Shown here piece after piece: positions 7,591 to 15,633 of a DNA stretch of 32,000 nucleotides. The position numbers and the translations under genes were made by a program. The notes under the pieces were generated by a model that saw nothing but the letters and a program-made list of their open reading frames with translations, made no database searches and was not told the DNA's origin. Source of the stretch: Candidatus Babelota bacterium (GTDB taxonomy: Bacteria; Babelota; Babeliae; Babelales; Vermiphilaceae); assembly GCA_039809905.1 (NCBI GenBank), contig JBDHVY010000001.1:690001-722000 (forward strand), written 5' to 3'. Numbering within the stretch: position 1 is the first letter of the stretch; every line of letters starts with the position of its first letter.

Positions 7591-7639
7591 AATGAGCGTA
7601 AAAATGCTATTAGGTAGATATTATCAGAGTTTTTTATAT

Positions 7640-7675
7640 GAAAAAAGGGGTGATTTGTATAAATCACCCCTTTTA
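7640..7675. terminator. terminator downstream of rpsR
   Basis: AAAAAAGGGGTGATTTgtatAAATCACCCCTTTTA, 12-bp stem. Confidence 0.9.
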
Positions 7676-7719
7676 CATTTTTTAACGCCTATTCTCGTAG
7701 TGTTAACGAAGAGAATGGC

Positions 7720-8007
7720 CTAAAATGCTGGCCCTGAGTATGGTAATAATGCCATAACACGAGACTTTCTGATTTCTTGAGAAATAGAACGCTGGTGGCG
7801 TGCACATGCACCAGAAATTCGAGAAGGTAAAATTTTACCGCGTTCAGTCAAAAAGCCCTTCAGGAAGGTAGCATTTTTGTAATCTATTCCGTACACTTGC
7901 TCTTTATCAGAACAGAAACGACACATTTTTGAACGGTTACCATTGCCACGGCGTGAACGTTTTTTAACCAAACGTGCGCTGATTTTTAATTTAATTTTTT
8001 TTGTCAT
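7720..8007 (-). CDS. rpsR: 30S ribosomal protein bS18
   Basis: CRFCSDK...[50 protein letters not shown]. Confidence 0.96.
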   Translation of the reverse strand: MTKKIKLKISARLVKKRSRRGNGNRSKMCRFCSDKEQVYGIDYKNATFLKGFLTERGKILPSRISGACARHQRSISQEIRKSRVMALLPYSGPAF

Positions 8008-8036
8008 GATTTAAGTCCTTATTATTTCAATATGAT

Positions 8037-8471
8037 TTAGTCTTCGTCGATATCGTCTCTATCATCAGCAGCAAAGAATCCTGGCATTTTGTTATCTTTA
8101 GCAAAATTATCAGTTTCGCGTGCTGGAGCTTCTTCTAGAGAGCGAGGTCGTTGATATGTAAGAGGATTTTTTGGATCAAGCACAGAAATCATATCACGCA
8201 TAATAACATTGTTTAATTTAACTTTAAGCAATGTTTTTAAATCATTAACGGTTGTTGTGCCTTGTGGAAGTTCAAAGCGTGCAAGGAAAAAAACACCGTA
8301 ATCATTTTTATTGATTTCGTATGCTAAACGATATTTTCCCCAACGTTCGAAAGAAATAATAGAACCTGTTCCTGCTTTGATAGTTTTATCAAGCTGGGTT
8401 TCAAGGTGTTTTGCTTCGTCACCGGTAATTTCCGGCACGGTTAGCAATAATGCCTCGTATTGTCTCAACAT
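8037..8471 (-). CDS. rpsF: 30S ribosomal protein bS6
   Basis: LRQYEALLLTVPEITGDEA...WGKYRLAYEINKNDYGVFFLARFE, adjacent to rpsR. Confidence 0.93.
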   Translation of the reverse strand: MLRQYEALLLTVPEITGDEAKHLETQLDKTIKAGTGSIISFERWGKYRLAYEINKNDYGVFFLARFELPQGTTTVNDLKTLLKVKLNNVIMRDMISVLDPKNPLTYQRPRSLEEAPARETDNFAKDNKMPGFFAADDRDDIDED

Positions 8472-8521
8472 GTGTGAACCTTTGTAATAATGGAAGTTAA
8501 ATTATAACTATAAAGCTAATA

Positions 8522-8555
8522 CCCCAATTTCGCAGAGCCTGCAATTGGGGACCCC
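8522..8555 (-). promoter_or_regulatory. recurrent G/C-tract element, copy B
   Basis: Plus strand CCCC-AATTTCGCAGAGCCTGCAATT-GGGGACCCC; outer 8-bp stem plus inner GCAG/CTGC; upstream of rpsF. Confidence 0.6.
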
Positions 8556-8718
8556 GGTGAAGATGAACAACATTGGGAGTAAATTGCTTTATTGAGCTTG
8601 GTTTACCAAACCCTCTATACATGAGAATAGCAGAAACCCTGTAAAATACTAGATTTAAGCCCTAAGTTTTTGTAAATAAAAACCGGGGAACAATTATAAA
8701 TATAGCTTTGGATAGGGC

Positions 8719-9177
8719 TTATTTTTCAGATTGTTCGAGCTTTTCTTTCAGCTGCTTTTTGTGTTCTTCAAAATTTTTTGCAAGCTGTTCTATGTTAGCC
8801 ACTATCCAATCTGACCCTTGATAAAGAGAAGCTATAACAGGTTTGTTTTCATTATGTTTTCTAAAATCTTTGGAAAATTGCTTCAAGCCAGCTGCTGCAG
8901 GAGTTGAATATGGTTCCAGACCAGCAATAATATCATCACGTTTTTCATAAGCAATAACGGCAGTACCTATAGCTACTAAGACTGGAGCTCCTAGCAAAGC
9001 AGAGGTAGCACCGACTACTATAAGTCCTTCTGGAGTACACAATGGTTTTACGGTAGAGGCATATTTTTCATATAAACTATTGGGTTCTTGTTGTTGTGTA
9101 TTTTGATCTTCAGTATAAGTAATGGACGGAGATATTGTTAGAAAGGCAAGGATAAGAATTTTTTTTGAAATAGCCAT
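8719..9177 (-). CDS. small secreted/membrane hypothetical protein
   Basis: ORF 8719..9192, likely internal start MAISKKILILAFLTISPSITYT; central hydrophobic segment and C-terminal coiled-coil-like K/E-rich region. Confidence 0.65.
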   Translation of the reverse strand: MAISKKILILAFLTISPSITYTEDQNTQQQEPNSLYEKYASTVKPLCTPEGLIVVGATSALLGAPVLVAIGTAVIAYEKRDDIIAGLEPYSTPAAAGLKQFSKDFRKHNENKPVIASLYQGSDWIVANIEQLAKNFEEHKKQLKEKLEQSEK

Positions 9178-9264
9178 GTAGTCTTTTCCCACAGTAATAA
9201 TATATGTATGTATAAAAAACGTTATATATTACAAAAATAACAATTGTGTTCAGTCTGTCAAGAT

Positions 9265-9303
9265 AAAAAAATGAGCTTAGATTATTTCTAAGCTCATTTT
9301 TTT
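9265..9303. terminator. intrinsic terminator
   Basis: AAAAAAATGAGCTTAGattatttCTAAGCTCATTTTTTT. Confidence 0.85.
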
Positions 9304-9316
9304 AAATCTTTTTTAG

Positions 9317-9348
9317 CCCAATCTTTATGTTATTCTTGTTGGGTACCC
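9317..9348 (-). promoter_or_regulatory. recurrent G/C-tract element, copy E (three-base tracts)
   Basis: Minus strand CCTTCAAT-GGGTACCCA...TAAAGATTGGG-CTAAAAA, 21-nt spacing between CCC and GGG. Confidence 0.45.
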
Positions 9349-9394
9349 ATTGAAGGATACTGAAAATGGGTTAAATAAGCCTGTCGTAAATTAT

Positions 9395-10072
9395 TTATGC
9401 AAATTTTTGGCTGCGTTGGATAACACGACCAATTATTCTGAAATGATCTTTACCGCGAACAAGCGCTATAGGAGGTTGTTTGTGGTTAACAGATTCAAGA
9501 ACAATAAAGTCTTCAGTGTAAGTAACTTGCATAATTGCTTTAGTTGGCGTATCGTTACCAAATTCTACAGCAGCAATATCACCTGAGCGTGTCCATATTT
9601 CAGGAGAAACGATCAAATAATCACCTTTAATAAATGTTGGTGCCATTGCGTTGTTTTCAACACAAAGAGCAAACATTGCATTATCAGCTGAATTAAATAC
9701 TGGAACAAATATATCTTTGTAGCCAGTTGTGACTTGCATTAATTGGTTATTATAAGGAGATGGATTTGAAGGAACTTCTCCAACAACAGGAACAACTTTA
9801 ACTTGTAATTCAAGGTCTGATTGTTCTGGCATGCTGACATTTTTATCAATGTCATCAGTGCGTTGACGGTGTTCAGCAAAAAGATCAATTGGGCTAATTT
9901 CAAACGCTTGAGATAATTTTCTTAATGAATCTTCATTCCAGCGGCGTGTACCGTTTTTAATATGGGTAAGATAACTTTCAGACATCCCGGTTTTTTCAGC
10001 GAGGATCTTAGTTGTCCAACCTTTTTCTCTTAAAAGTTCTTTTACTCGTAATTGAGTAGATATTGAAATCAT
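9395..10072 (-). CDS. XRE-family HTH regulator with C-terminal S24/LexA-like domain
   Basis: HTH: VKELLREKGWTTKILAEKTGMSESYLTHIKNGTRRWNEDSLRKLSQAFEISPIDLF; C-terminal ENNAMAPTFIKGDYLIVSP...SGDIAAVEF. Start with RBS ggagatataaag at 10072. Confidence 0.85.
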   Translation of the reverse strand: MISISTQLRVKELLREKGWTTKILAEKTGMSESYLTHIKNGTRRWNEDSLRKLSQAFEISPIDLFAEHRQRTDDIDKNVSMPEQSDLELQVKVVPVVGEVPSNPSPYNNQLMQVTTGYKDIFVPVFNSADNAMFALCVENNAMAPTFIKGDYLIVSPEIWTRSGDIAAVEFGNDTPTKAIMQVTYTEDFIVLESVNHKQPPIALVRGKDHFRIIGRVIQRSQKFA

Positions 10073-10137
10073 CTTTATATCTCCTTGCAATGTGGTTATA
10101 CTTATGGTAACAATTGAGACGACAGTATTATTTCTAA

Positions 10138-10911
10138 TTGTACTCATCTTGGCGACTTTGTCAAATGGAAATGAAAATAATGGTCATAGTGCGACAAACA
10201 GGCAATATTAAAAAAAATTCATTCGAGTATGATGCATGGCAAAACAATGCACTGGTAGTAGGTATTGATGAAGTTGGGCGAGGTTGCTTAGCTGGTCCGG
10301 TGGTTGCGGCGGCGGTTATTCTTCCTATTAATAAAGCTAATCGAATTCTCAAAGATTCAAAAGTGATGACATTATCAGAGCGCAATACTGCCTCCAGATG
10401 GATCAAAAAGCATTGTCATTATGGTATTGGCGTTGTTCATCATCGAATAATTGATCAACATAATATTTGGCGAGCAACCTTGATTGCTATGAAAAAGGCG
10501 TTACTGCATGTGCTTGAAGGCGTGCATACACGACCATCAGTAATCATTACTGATGCTATGCCATTAAATCTTTCTGATACACATTTTCATGACATTCCCG
10601 TTTATTATTTCCCTAAGGGAGAATCTAAATCTCATTCTATTGCGGCAGCTTCAATTATTGCTAAAGTTACCAGAGATGCCATGATGGAGTTATACGATGT
10701 GGCAATTCCAGGCTATGGATTAAAAGAAAATAAAGGGTATGGTACGCCTAAACACAAAAAAGTGGTCAAAGAACAGCATTATTCATTTATTCACCGTGTG
10801 CATTTTGTAGAGACGATTTTAAAAAATGATGAAAAAAAAGAAGAACAGTTGTCTTTATATATAGGTGAGGTTGGTAATGATAAAGGAGAGACCTTTTGCA
10901 GAAGTAATTGA
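10138..10911 (+). CDS. rnhB: ribonuclease HII (exact start uncertain, probably one of the internal Met codons)
   Basis: VVGIDEVGRGCLAGPVVAAAVIL, LKDSKVMTLSER, TDAM, HSIAAASIIAKVTRD, KGYGTPKHKKV. Confidence 0.95.
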   Translation: MYSSWRLCQMEMKIMVIVRQTGNIKKNSFEYDAWQNNALVVGIDEVGRGCLAGPVVAAAVILPINKANRILKDSKVMTLSERNTASRWIKKHCHYGIGVVHHRIIDQHNIWRATLIAMKKALLHVLEGVHTRPSVIITDAMPLNLSDTHFHDIPVYYFPKGESKSHSIAAASIIAKVTRDAMMELYDVAIPGYGLKENKGYGTPKHKKVVKEQHYSFIHRVHFVETILKNDEKKEEQLSLYIGEVGNDKGETFCRSN

Positions 10912-11476
10912 AAGTTCATTAACAGGTTGGGTAGCCCAAAGTTGGTCATGGGATACATTTCCAGAATTTGGTTCTTTTGTTGCAATAGAAAGCAAAAAAA
11001 GAACTTTGTTTGGGATTGTGCATCAAGTACAAACTGGGTCCATGGATTCTGTGCGGTACCCATTTCCCTATCAAAAAACAGAAGAAGAGCTTTTAAAAGA
11101 GCAGCCACAGATATTTGAATTTCTTAAAACAACTTTTTCTTGTATTGCGATTGGATACCAAGAAAAGAAATCTATTTCATATCTTATTGCTCCAGAGCCA
11201 CCTAAAATTCATTCTTTCATTACTCACCCTGATGAATCAACAAGTAAGATTTTTTTTGCAAGCACCAGATATCTGCATCTTCTTTTTACCCATTCATCGA
11301 ATATTTTTAATGTTGATGAATTATTATTAGCTTTGCTCAAGCAACACAAGGATCTGAATATTTTAACTCTGGAAAAAATTAATGTATTTATGCAAACATA
11401 TTCATTGCTTATCGGTAATGATTATCGTCGTGTTAAATTATTTTTACAGCGTGTTGAGCATATGATGCATGGATGA
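10865..11476 (+). CDS. hypothetical protein with HAS-barrel-like N-terminus
   Basis: WSWDTFPEFGSFVAIESKKRTLFGIVHQVQTGSMD resembles the HerA/ATPase HAS-barrel pattern; 5' end overlaps rnhB. Confidence 0.55.
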   Translation: MRLVMIKERPFAEVIESSLTGWVAQSWSWDTFPEFGSFVAIESKKRTLFGIVHQVQTGSMDSVRYPFPYQKTEEELLKEQPQIFEFLKTTFSCIAIGYQEKKSISYLIAPEPPKIHSFITHPDESTSKIFFASTRYLHLLFTHSSNIFNVDELLLALLKQHKDLNILTLEKINVFMQTYSLLIGNDYRRVKLFLQRVEHMMHG

Positions 11477-11479
11477 ATA

Positions 11480-12388
11480 ATGAAAAACTATTTTTTGGAG
11501 ATAGTTGTTATAATCTGTACGTTTTCGACGATAGTATGCCAAGAACCTTGGCATATTATTGGATATGAAAATCGTGGCGAATTTGAAAAAAGAATTGTTT
11601 TTTTAGAAGATAATACGCATAAAAAATTTGTGCTTAAATGCTATGATGATAATCAACAAGAAGAAGCGATTAGTGAAAGCATAGGATCATTTATTGGTGG
11701 TAGCATTGGTGTTCCGGTGCATACGACATCTATCATGATGTCCGGACCTCTTTTGGCTGAAATAAGTAATGGTACATCGTTGGCAACATTGCATGAATGC
11801 GTACCCGGGCGACAATTGGGAAAATGGTTTGAAGTGGTAGAGCATGATATTGTTTTAAAAGGTGGAGTATTATCCGAAAGACATTTAAATAGCTTAGCAA
11901 TCAATGATGATTTATGTGATATTGTTGCTCTTGATATATTTTTAAATAATAAGGATAGGCATCACGAAAACTGTTTTTTTGATGAAAGTACATCGCGCTA
12001 TTATGGAATAGACATGGGAGATATTTTTCTTGAGGTGCAAAAAATTCCCAACATTGAAAAAGATATATCTCCTCAACAAATCAAGATGTTTTTGATACTT
12101 ATTTTTGAAAAAAAAATAGTTGCTTTAAATACGTATTGTTTTTTACAAACTATCGATGCCAAGAATCTTTCATCTCAGCAGAAAAAAGCGTTACAGCGTC
12201 TTTCAGATACTCTGGAGCATCTTGTTGCTGCTTATTCTATAGATTCTTTGTTTAATTTGTGGATGTCTAAATCTCAGGAAATTGATTATGTTTACACCAA
12301 GTATAAACAATTCTACCTCAGGTTTGTTCTTGCCTTTAATATGTATTGGGTACAGCGGGTAATAAATCAAATACATATAATTTTTTAA
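11480..12388 (+). CDS. secreted PI3/4-kinase-like / HipA-like kinase-fold protein
   Basis: N-terminal signal-like MKNYFLEIVVIICTFSTIVCQ; KKFVLKCYDD (candidate ATP lysine), DIVALDIFLNNKDRHHENCFFD (DxxxxNxDRHxxN catalytic loop), YYGIDMGDIF (metal-binding segment). Confidence 0.7.
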   Translation: MKNYFLEIVVIICTFSTIVCQEPWHIIGYENRGEFEKRIVFLEDNTHKKFVLKCYDDNQQEEAISESIGSFIGGSIGVPVHTTSIMMSGPLLAEISNGTSLATLHECVPGRQLGKWFEVVEHDIVLKGGVLSERHLNSLAINDDLCDIVALDIFLNNKDRHHENCFFDESTSRYYGIDMGDIFLEVQKIPNIEKDISPQQIKMFLILIFEKKIVALNTYCFLQTIDAKNLSSQQKKALQRLSDTLEHLVAAYSIDSLFNLWMSKSQEIDYVYTKYKQFYLRFVLAFNMYWVQRVINQIHIIF

Positions 12389-12498
12389 CTGTTTTTAATA
12401 CCAATTCCAAATTCAAGCTTGCAATTATTTCATTTTGAATTATTATAATAATTAATCTTTATTATAAATCATTATAATTTTATCCTTAGGGGGACAAT

Positions 12499-12783
12499 AT
12501 GAATATGTCGATAACAAAAATTTCTGCTTTAGCAATAATAATGACTATTTCTACTACTGCTTTATCAATGCAACCAAGAGAAAAGCGCCAGATGAGCGCC
12601 TATAGTGATATAGAAAACGGTACATGGGTTAAAGTACCCTACAGTGAGGGATACGTTTGGATGCAACAGAACTCTACTATAGTTGTGAGTGAGCGAATTA
12701 ATGAATTGGGTCAAACTGTTGTCACTACACATTATCATATTGCTTACGAAAATTCAGAGATTAGAAAAGGCCCAAAGCAGTAG
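12499..12783 (+). CDS. small secreted hypothetical protein
   Basis: Strong RBS (AGGGGGAC) before MNMSITKISALAIIMTISTTALS signal peptide. Confidence 0.65.
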   Translation: MNMSITKISALAIIMTISTTALSMQPREKRQMSAYSDIENGTWVKVPYSEGYVWMQQNSTIVVSERINELGQTVVTTHYHIAYENSEIRKGPKQ

Positions 12784-12822
12784 AGATGTTTGGGCTATAA
12801 AAAGCTCTTTAGAATAAAAACA

Positions 12823-12872
12823 AAAAAATTGCTGTTTTTTGCTGATTAAAAGCCAAAAACAGCAATTTTTTT
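12823..12872 (+). terminator. intrinsic terminator
   Basis: AAAAAAATTGCTGTTTTTTGCTgattaaaAGCCAAAAACAGCAATTTTTTT. Confidence 0.85.
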
Positions 12873-12918
12873 GTTTTTTGATAGAATAAATATCATAATC
12901 TACTAATTCAAGGGCGTT

Positions 12919-13809
12919 ATGTTTAGTTTCATCAAAAATAAATTACAAAAAATATTCAGTTCAGTTACTTCAAAATTAGGGTCATTTTTCACTAAAACAA
13001 CAATAGATGCAGCAGCACTTAAAGAGCTTGAGATTTTGTTAATTTCTAGCGATGTGGGTGTTACAACAACACAATCTATTATTGCTCAATTAAAAAAACA
13101 GGTTGATGCTGGTGTAATGGATGGTGCGCAATTAAAAGCATCAATGCATACAATTCTTTTAGATATTCTTACTAAAAATCAACTAATTGATTCTGCTGAG
13201 CAGAAAGTATTTTTATTTGTTGGCATTAATGGAAGTGGAAAAACAACCAGTATAGGTAAACTTGCTCACCTGTATACTCAACAAGGCAAAAAGGTATTAC
13301 TTGTTGCAGCTGATACTTTTAGGGCTGCTGCTCCAGAACAATTAAAAGAGTGGGCTCGTATCTCTCAGGCAGATATTCTATGCGGTAAAGAAGGGCAAGA
13401 TCCCGCATCGCTTGTGTTTCAAGGATGTGAAAAATTTAAAAAAGAACACTATGATATTTTGATTATTGATACTGCGGGGCGATTGCAGACAAAAATAAAC
13501 TTAATGCATGAGCTTGCAAAGATAAAGCGCGCTGTTGAAAAACAACTTTCTGATTGTTCGGTTGTTACGTTGCTAACTATTGATGCAATGCTTGGCCAAA
13601 ATTCATTTGAGCAAGCAAAATTATTTAAAGAAGCAACCGATGTCACGGGTATTGTTTTAACCAAAATGGATGGTACAGGAAAAGGTGGTATTGTGTTTGC
13701 TATTGCACAGGAATTGAATATTCCGGTAGCGTTTCTTACCTTTGGTGAACAAGCGGAACAGATCAAAATATTTAACGCAGAAGAATACGTAACAGATTTG
13801 TTAGGATGA
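12919..13809 (+). CDS. ftsY: signal recognition particle receptor FtsY
   Basis: GINGSGKTTSIGKLA, DTFRAAAPEQLKEWA, IDTAGRLQTK, LTKMDGTGKGG, PVAFLTFGEQAEQIKIFN. Short N-terminus without a long acidic A domain. Confidence 0.96.
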   Translation: MFSFIKNKLQKIFSSVTSKLGSFFTKTTIDAAALKELEILLISSDVGVTTTQSIIAQLKKQVDAGVMDGAQLKASMHTILLDILTKNQLIDSAEQKVFLFVGINGSGKTTSIGKLAHLYTQQGKKVLLVAADTFRAAAPEQLKEWARISQADILCGKEGQDPASLVFQGCEKFKKEHYDILIIDTAGRLQTKINLMHELAKIKRAVEKQLSDCSVVTLLTIDAMLGQNSFEQAKLFKEATDVTGIVLTKMDGTGKGGIVFAIAQELNIPVAFLTFGEQAEQIKIFNAEEYVTDLLG

Positions 13810-13810
13810 C

Positions 13811-13842
13811 AAAAAACCTCAATTTCTAGATTGAGGTTTTTT
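13811..13842. terminator. terminator between convergent ftsY and the phosphatase-like gene
   Basis: AAAAAACCTCAATttctagATTGAGGTTTTTT. Confidence 0.85.
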
Positions 13843-13853
13843 GCATATATTGC

Positions 13854-14708
13854 CTATTCTTTCAGCGAACATGTAATACCAACAGGATTATGATCACTTG
13901 CTACAGGTTTTTTACTATCTTTTGTAAGAGGTATGCTATCTACCGTTTTGTATTGAGATATACTGAATTTGCTTTGTGGTTTAACGAAGATAAAATCACA
14001 TTCTATTAATGCTTTTGTTGATCCTTTTTCATGCGTTACAGATGGACCTTCTACTTGTTGCGCTATTGTTTTAGCGTGAGTAAATCCGTCTTCAGTCAGT
14101 ATTTTTTTTAGATCTTTATCAAATGTTGTATTAAAATCTCCCAGTAAAATTACGGGCTTATCAGCACATTTTTGCTTAATATCATCGCTAATCATTTGTG
14201 CTTGTTCAGTTCGAACCTTTTCGTATTTATGATCAAGGTGAGTGTTATAAACAAAAAATTCTTTTCCGGTTGATTTTTCTTTGAGATGAATTTTGACTGC
14301 TGTTCTTGGTAGGTAACCAGAACCGTTTGGATTAATGCCAAATGTTTGAGAATCAATCAAATCAAATTTGTTTTTGTTATAAAAAATAGGACAACGCTCA
14401 TTTTGAGCACCAAGCGTAGTAAGGCGTAGCCAAATAGATAATCCACTTATATGATTGTTTCTTTTATCACCCACGTAATTATACTGAGGTAAGATGTCTT
14501 GGATTGATTTAAGTTGATCATTTTCATCAATAACTTCTTGTAGGCAATAAATATCGGCATTAAGGTCTTGTATAAGTTGAAGAACATTAGGTTTTCGCTT
14601 ATTCCAATCGTTTTTTTTACCATGAGTTATATTGTAGCTGTAGATTTTCATCTCGGCATTTATGAGAGGAAAATTAAGAAGCAAGGTCATTACAATATAT
14701 TTTTTCAT
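13854..14708 (-). CDS. secreted endonuclease/exonuclease/phosphatase (DNase I-like / sphingomyelinase-like) family protein
   Basis: Signal peptide MKKYIVMTLLLNFPLINA; YSYNITHGK, CLQEVID, VYNTHLDH, ILLGDFNTT, ASDHNPVGI. Confidence 0.85.
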   Translation of the reverse strand: MKKYIVMTLLLNFPLINAEMKIYSYNITHGKKNDWNKRKPNVLQLIQDLNADIYCLQEVIDENDQLKSIQDILPQYNYVGDKRNNHISGLSIWLRLTTLGAQNERCPIFYNKNKFDLIDSQTFGINPNGSGYLPRTAVKIHLKEKSTGKEFFVYNTHLDHKYEKVRTEQAQMISDDIKQKCADKPVILLGDFNTTFDKDLKKILTEDGFTHAKTIAQQVEGPSVTHEKGSTKALIECDFIFVKPQSKFSISQYKTVDSIPLTKDSKKPVASDHNPVGITCSLKE

Positions 14709-14942
14709 AAAAAAACTCCTTATAGATAATTAGGTTCTATTTATTATGAGTATGTCTTTATTAGCAATAAACAAACAAGAGATTAGATTCTATTTGAAAA
14801 ACAATAAAAAGAAAGAGATAGTTTTTTTAAGCTTTGGCACTTTGTGGATCTTGCAAAACTGTGATAAACTCTATTGTAAAAATTAATGGAATTGTTTTTT
14901 AAAAAATGCATTTTTAACAATATATTCAAAGGTATTATTGAA

Positions 14943-15584
14943 ATGATAAATGCGAAGTATCATGTTGCTGGTTTTTTCTTTGTAATGAGTTTTTTTTCGG
15001 TAAATCTGATTAGTTTTGAACCTCAGGGTGCATCTTTTATAAAAGATCGTATGAATAATAAAATTGAAGAGTATATTAACATGCCTACCCGAGAAGTTGT
15101 ATCACGAGCAGGAACGGATAGAGATATTGCAAAGATGTTTAAAGAAGAAATATTAACTGATCCAATAGATGGACAAGAAGTTACTGAAGAGTATAAAAAT
15201 AAAAAATGCATGCAACAGATGAGAATTATTTTAAGAAAAGGCGAATGTTCGCCAGAAAAATCAGAATTGCTCAAATTCAAAGAAGATAAATCTGTTGCTT
15301 TTGATCAGAAAGAAAAAGTAATTGATGCCGAATGCACACGAGCTGATTCTGATAAAATAGTGATGGGAGCTGTTACTATTGTTAGCGCACTTGCTGCGCT
15401 TGCAGTAATCAGTGTAGCTGATCAAGAGCAAGGTAGAGGAGTGGGATATCTCGGTTGTTTTGCAGTAATTGCCGGTAGTGCTGCTTGCTATAAGAATTCA
15501 CAAGAAGCAGCGCAACTAAATATTCATAAAGCTCGAATACATACAATGAAAACTGAATGGGAAAATAGTTTTAACGAGCAATAG
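14943..15584 (+). CDS. secreted/membrane hypothetical protein, 'RAGTDRD-KNKKCMQQ' family member A
   Basis: ORF 14886..15584, internal start MINAKYHVAGFFFVMSFFSVNLISFE; shares EVVSRAGTDRDIAKMFKEEILTDPIDGQEVTEEYKNKKCMQQMRIILRKGE with 17804..18439. Confidence 0.7.
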   Translation: MINAKYHVAGFFFVMSFFSVNLISFEPQGASFIKDRMNNKIEEYINMPTREVVSRAGTDRDIAKMFKEEILTDPIDGQEVTEEYKNKKCMQQMRIILRKGECSPEKSELLKFKEDKSVAFDQKEKVIDAECTRADSDKIVMGAVTIVSALAALAVISVADQEQGRGVGYLGCFAVIAGSAACYKNSQEAAQLNIHKARIHTMKTEWENSFNEQ

Positions 15585-15633
15585 CATTTTTGCCTCTTCA
15601 CGGACGTTATAAAAATATGATAGACTCCTTTGC

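Noticed and set aside
9350-9586. Plus-strand ORF MKDTENGLNKPVVNYL...
   Set aside because: Runs antisense across the 3' end of the XRE-S24-like gene; no supporting motif, though it starts within element copy E's right flank.
10791-11108. Minus-strand ORFs over the rnhB / HAS-barrel-like junction (10791-11108) and plus ORF 10927-11118
   Set aside because: Antisense or out-of-frame with two coherent plus-strand genes; composition typical of shadow ORFs.
12395-12490. AT-rich quasi-palindromic stretch (AATTATTATAATAATTAA...TTATTATAAATCATTATAAT)
   Set aside because: Expected in an AT-rich promoter region; no specific repeat unit or conserved motif identified.
12770-12797. GCCCAAAGCAGTAGAGATGTTTGGGCT hairpin
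   Set aside because: Spacing between tracts is 18 nt, it overlaps the end of the 12499-12783 CDS, and lacks the GGG(N)TCCC part; only loosely similar to the element family.
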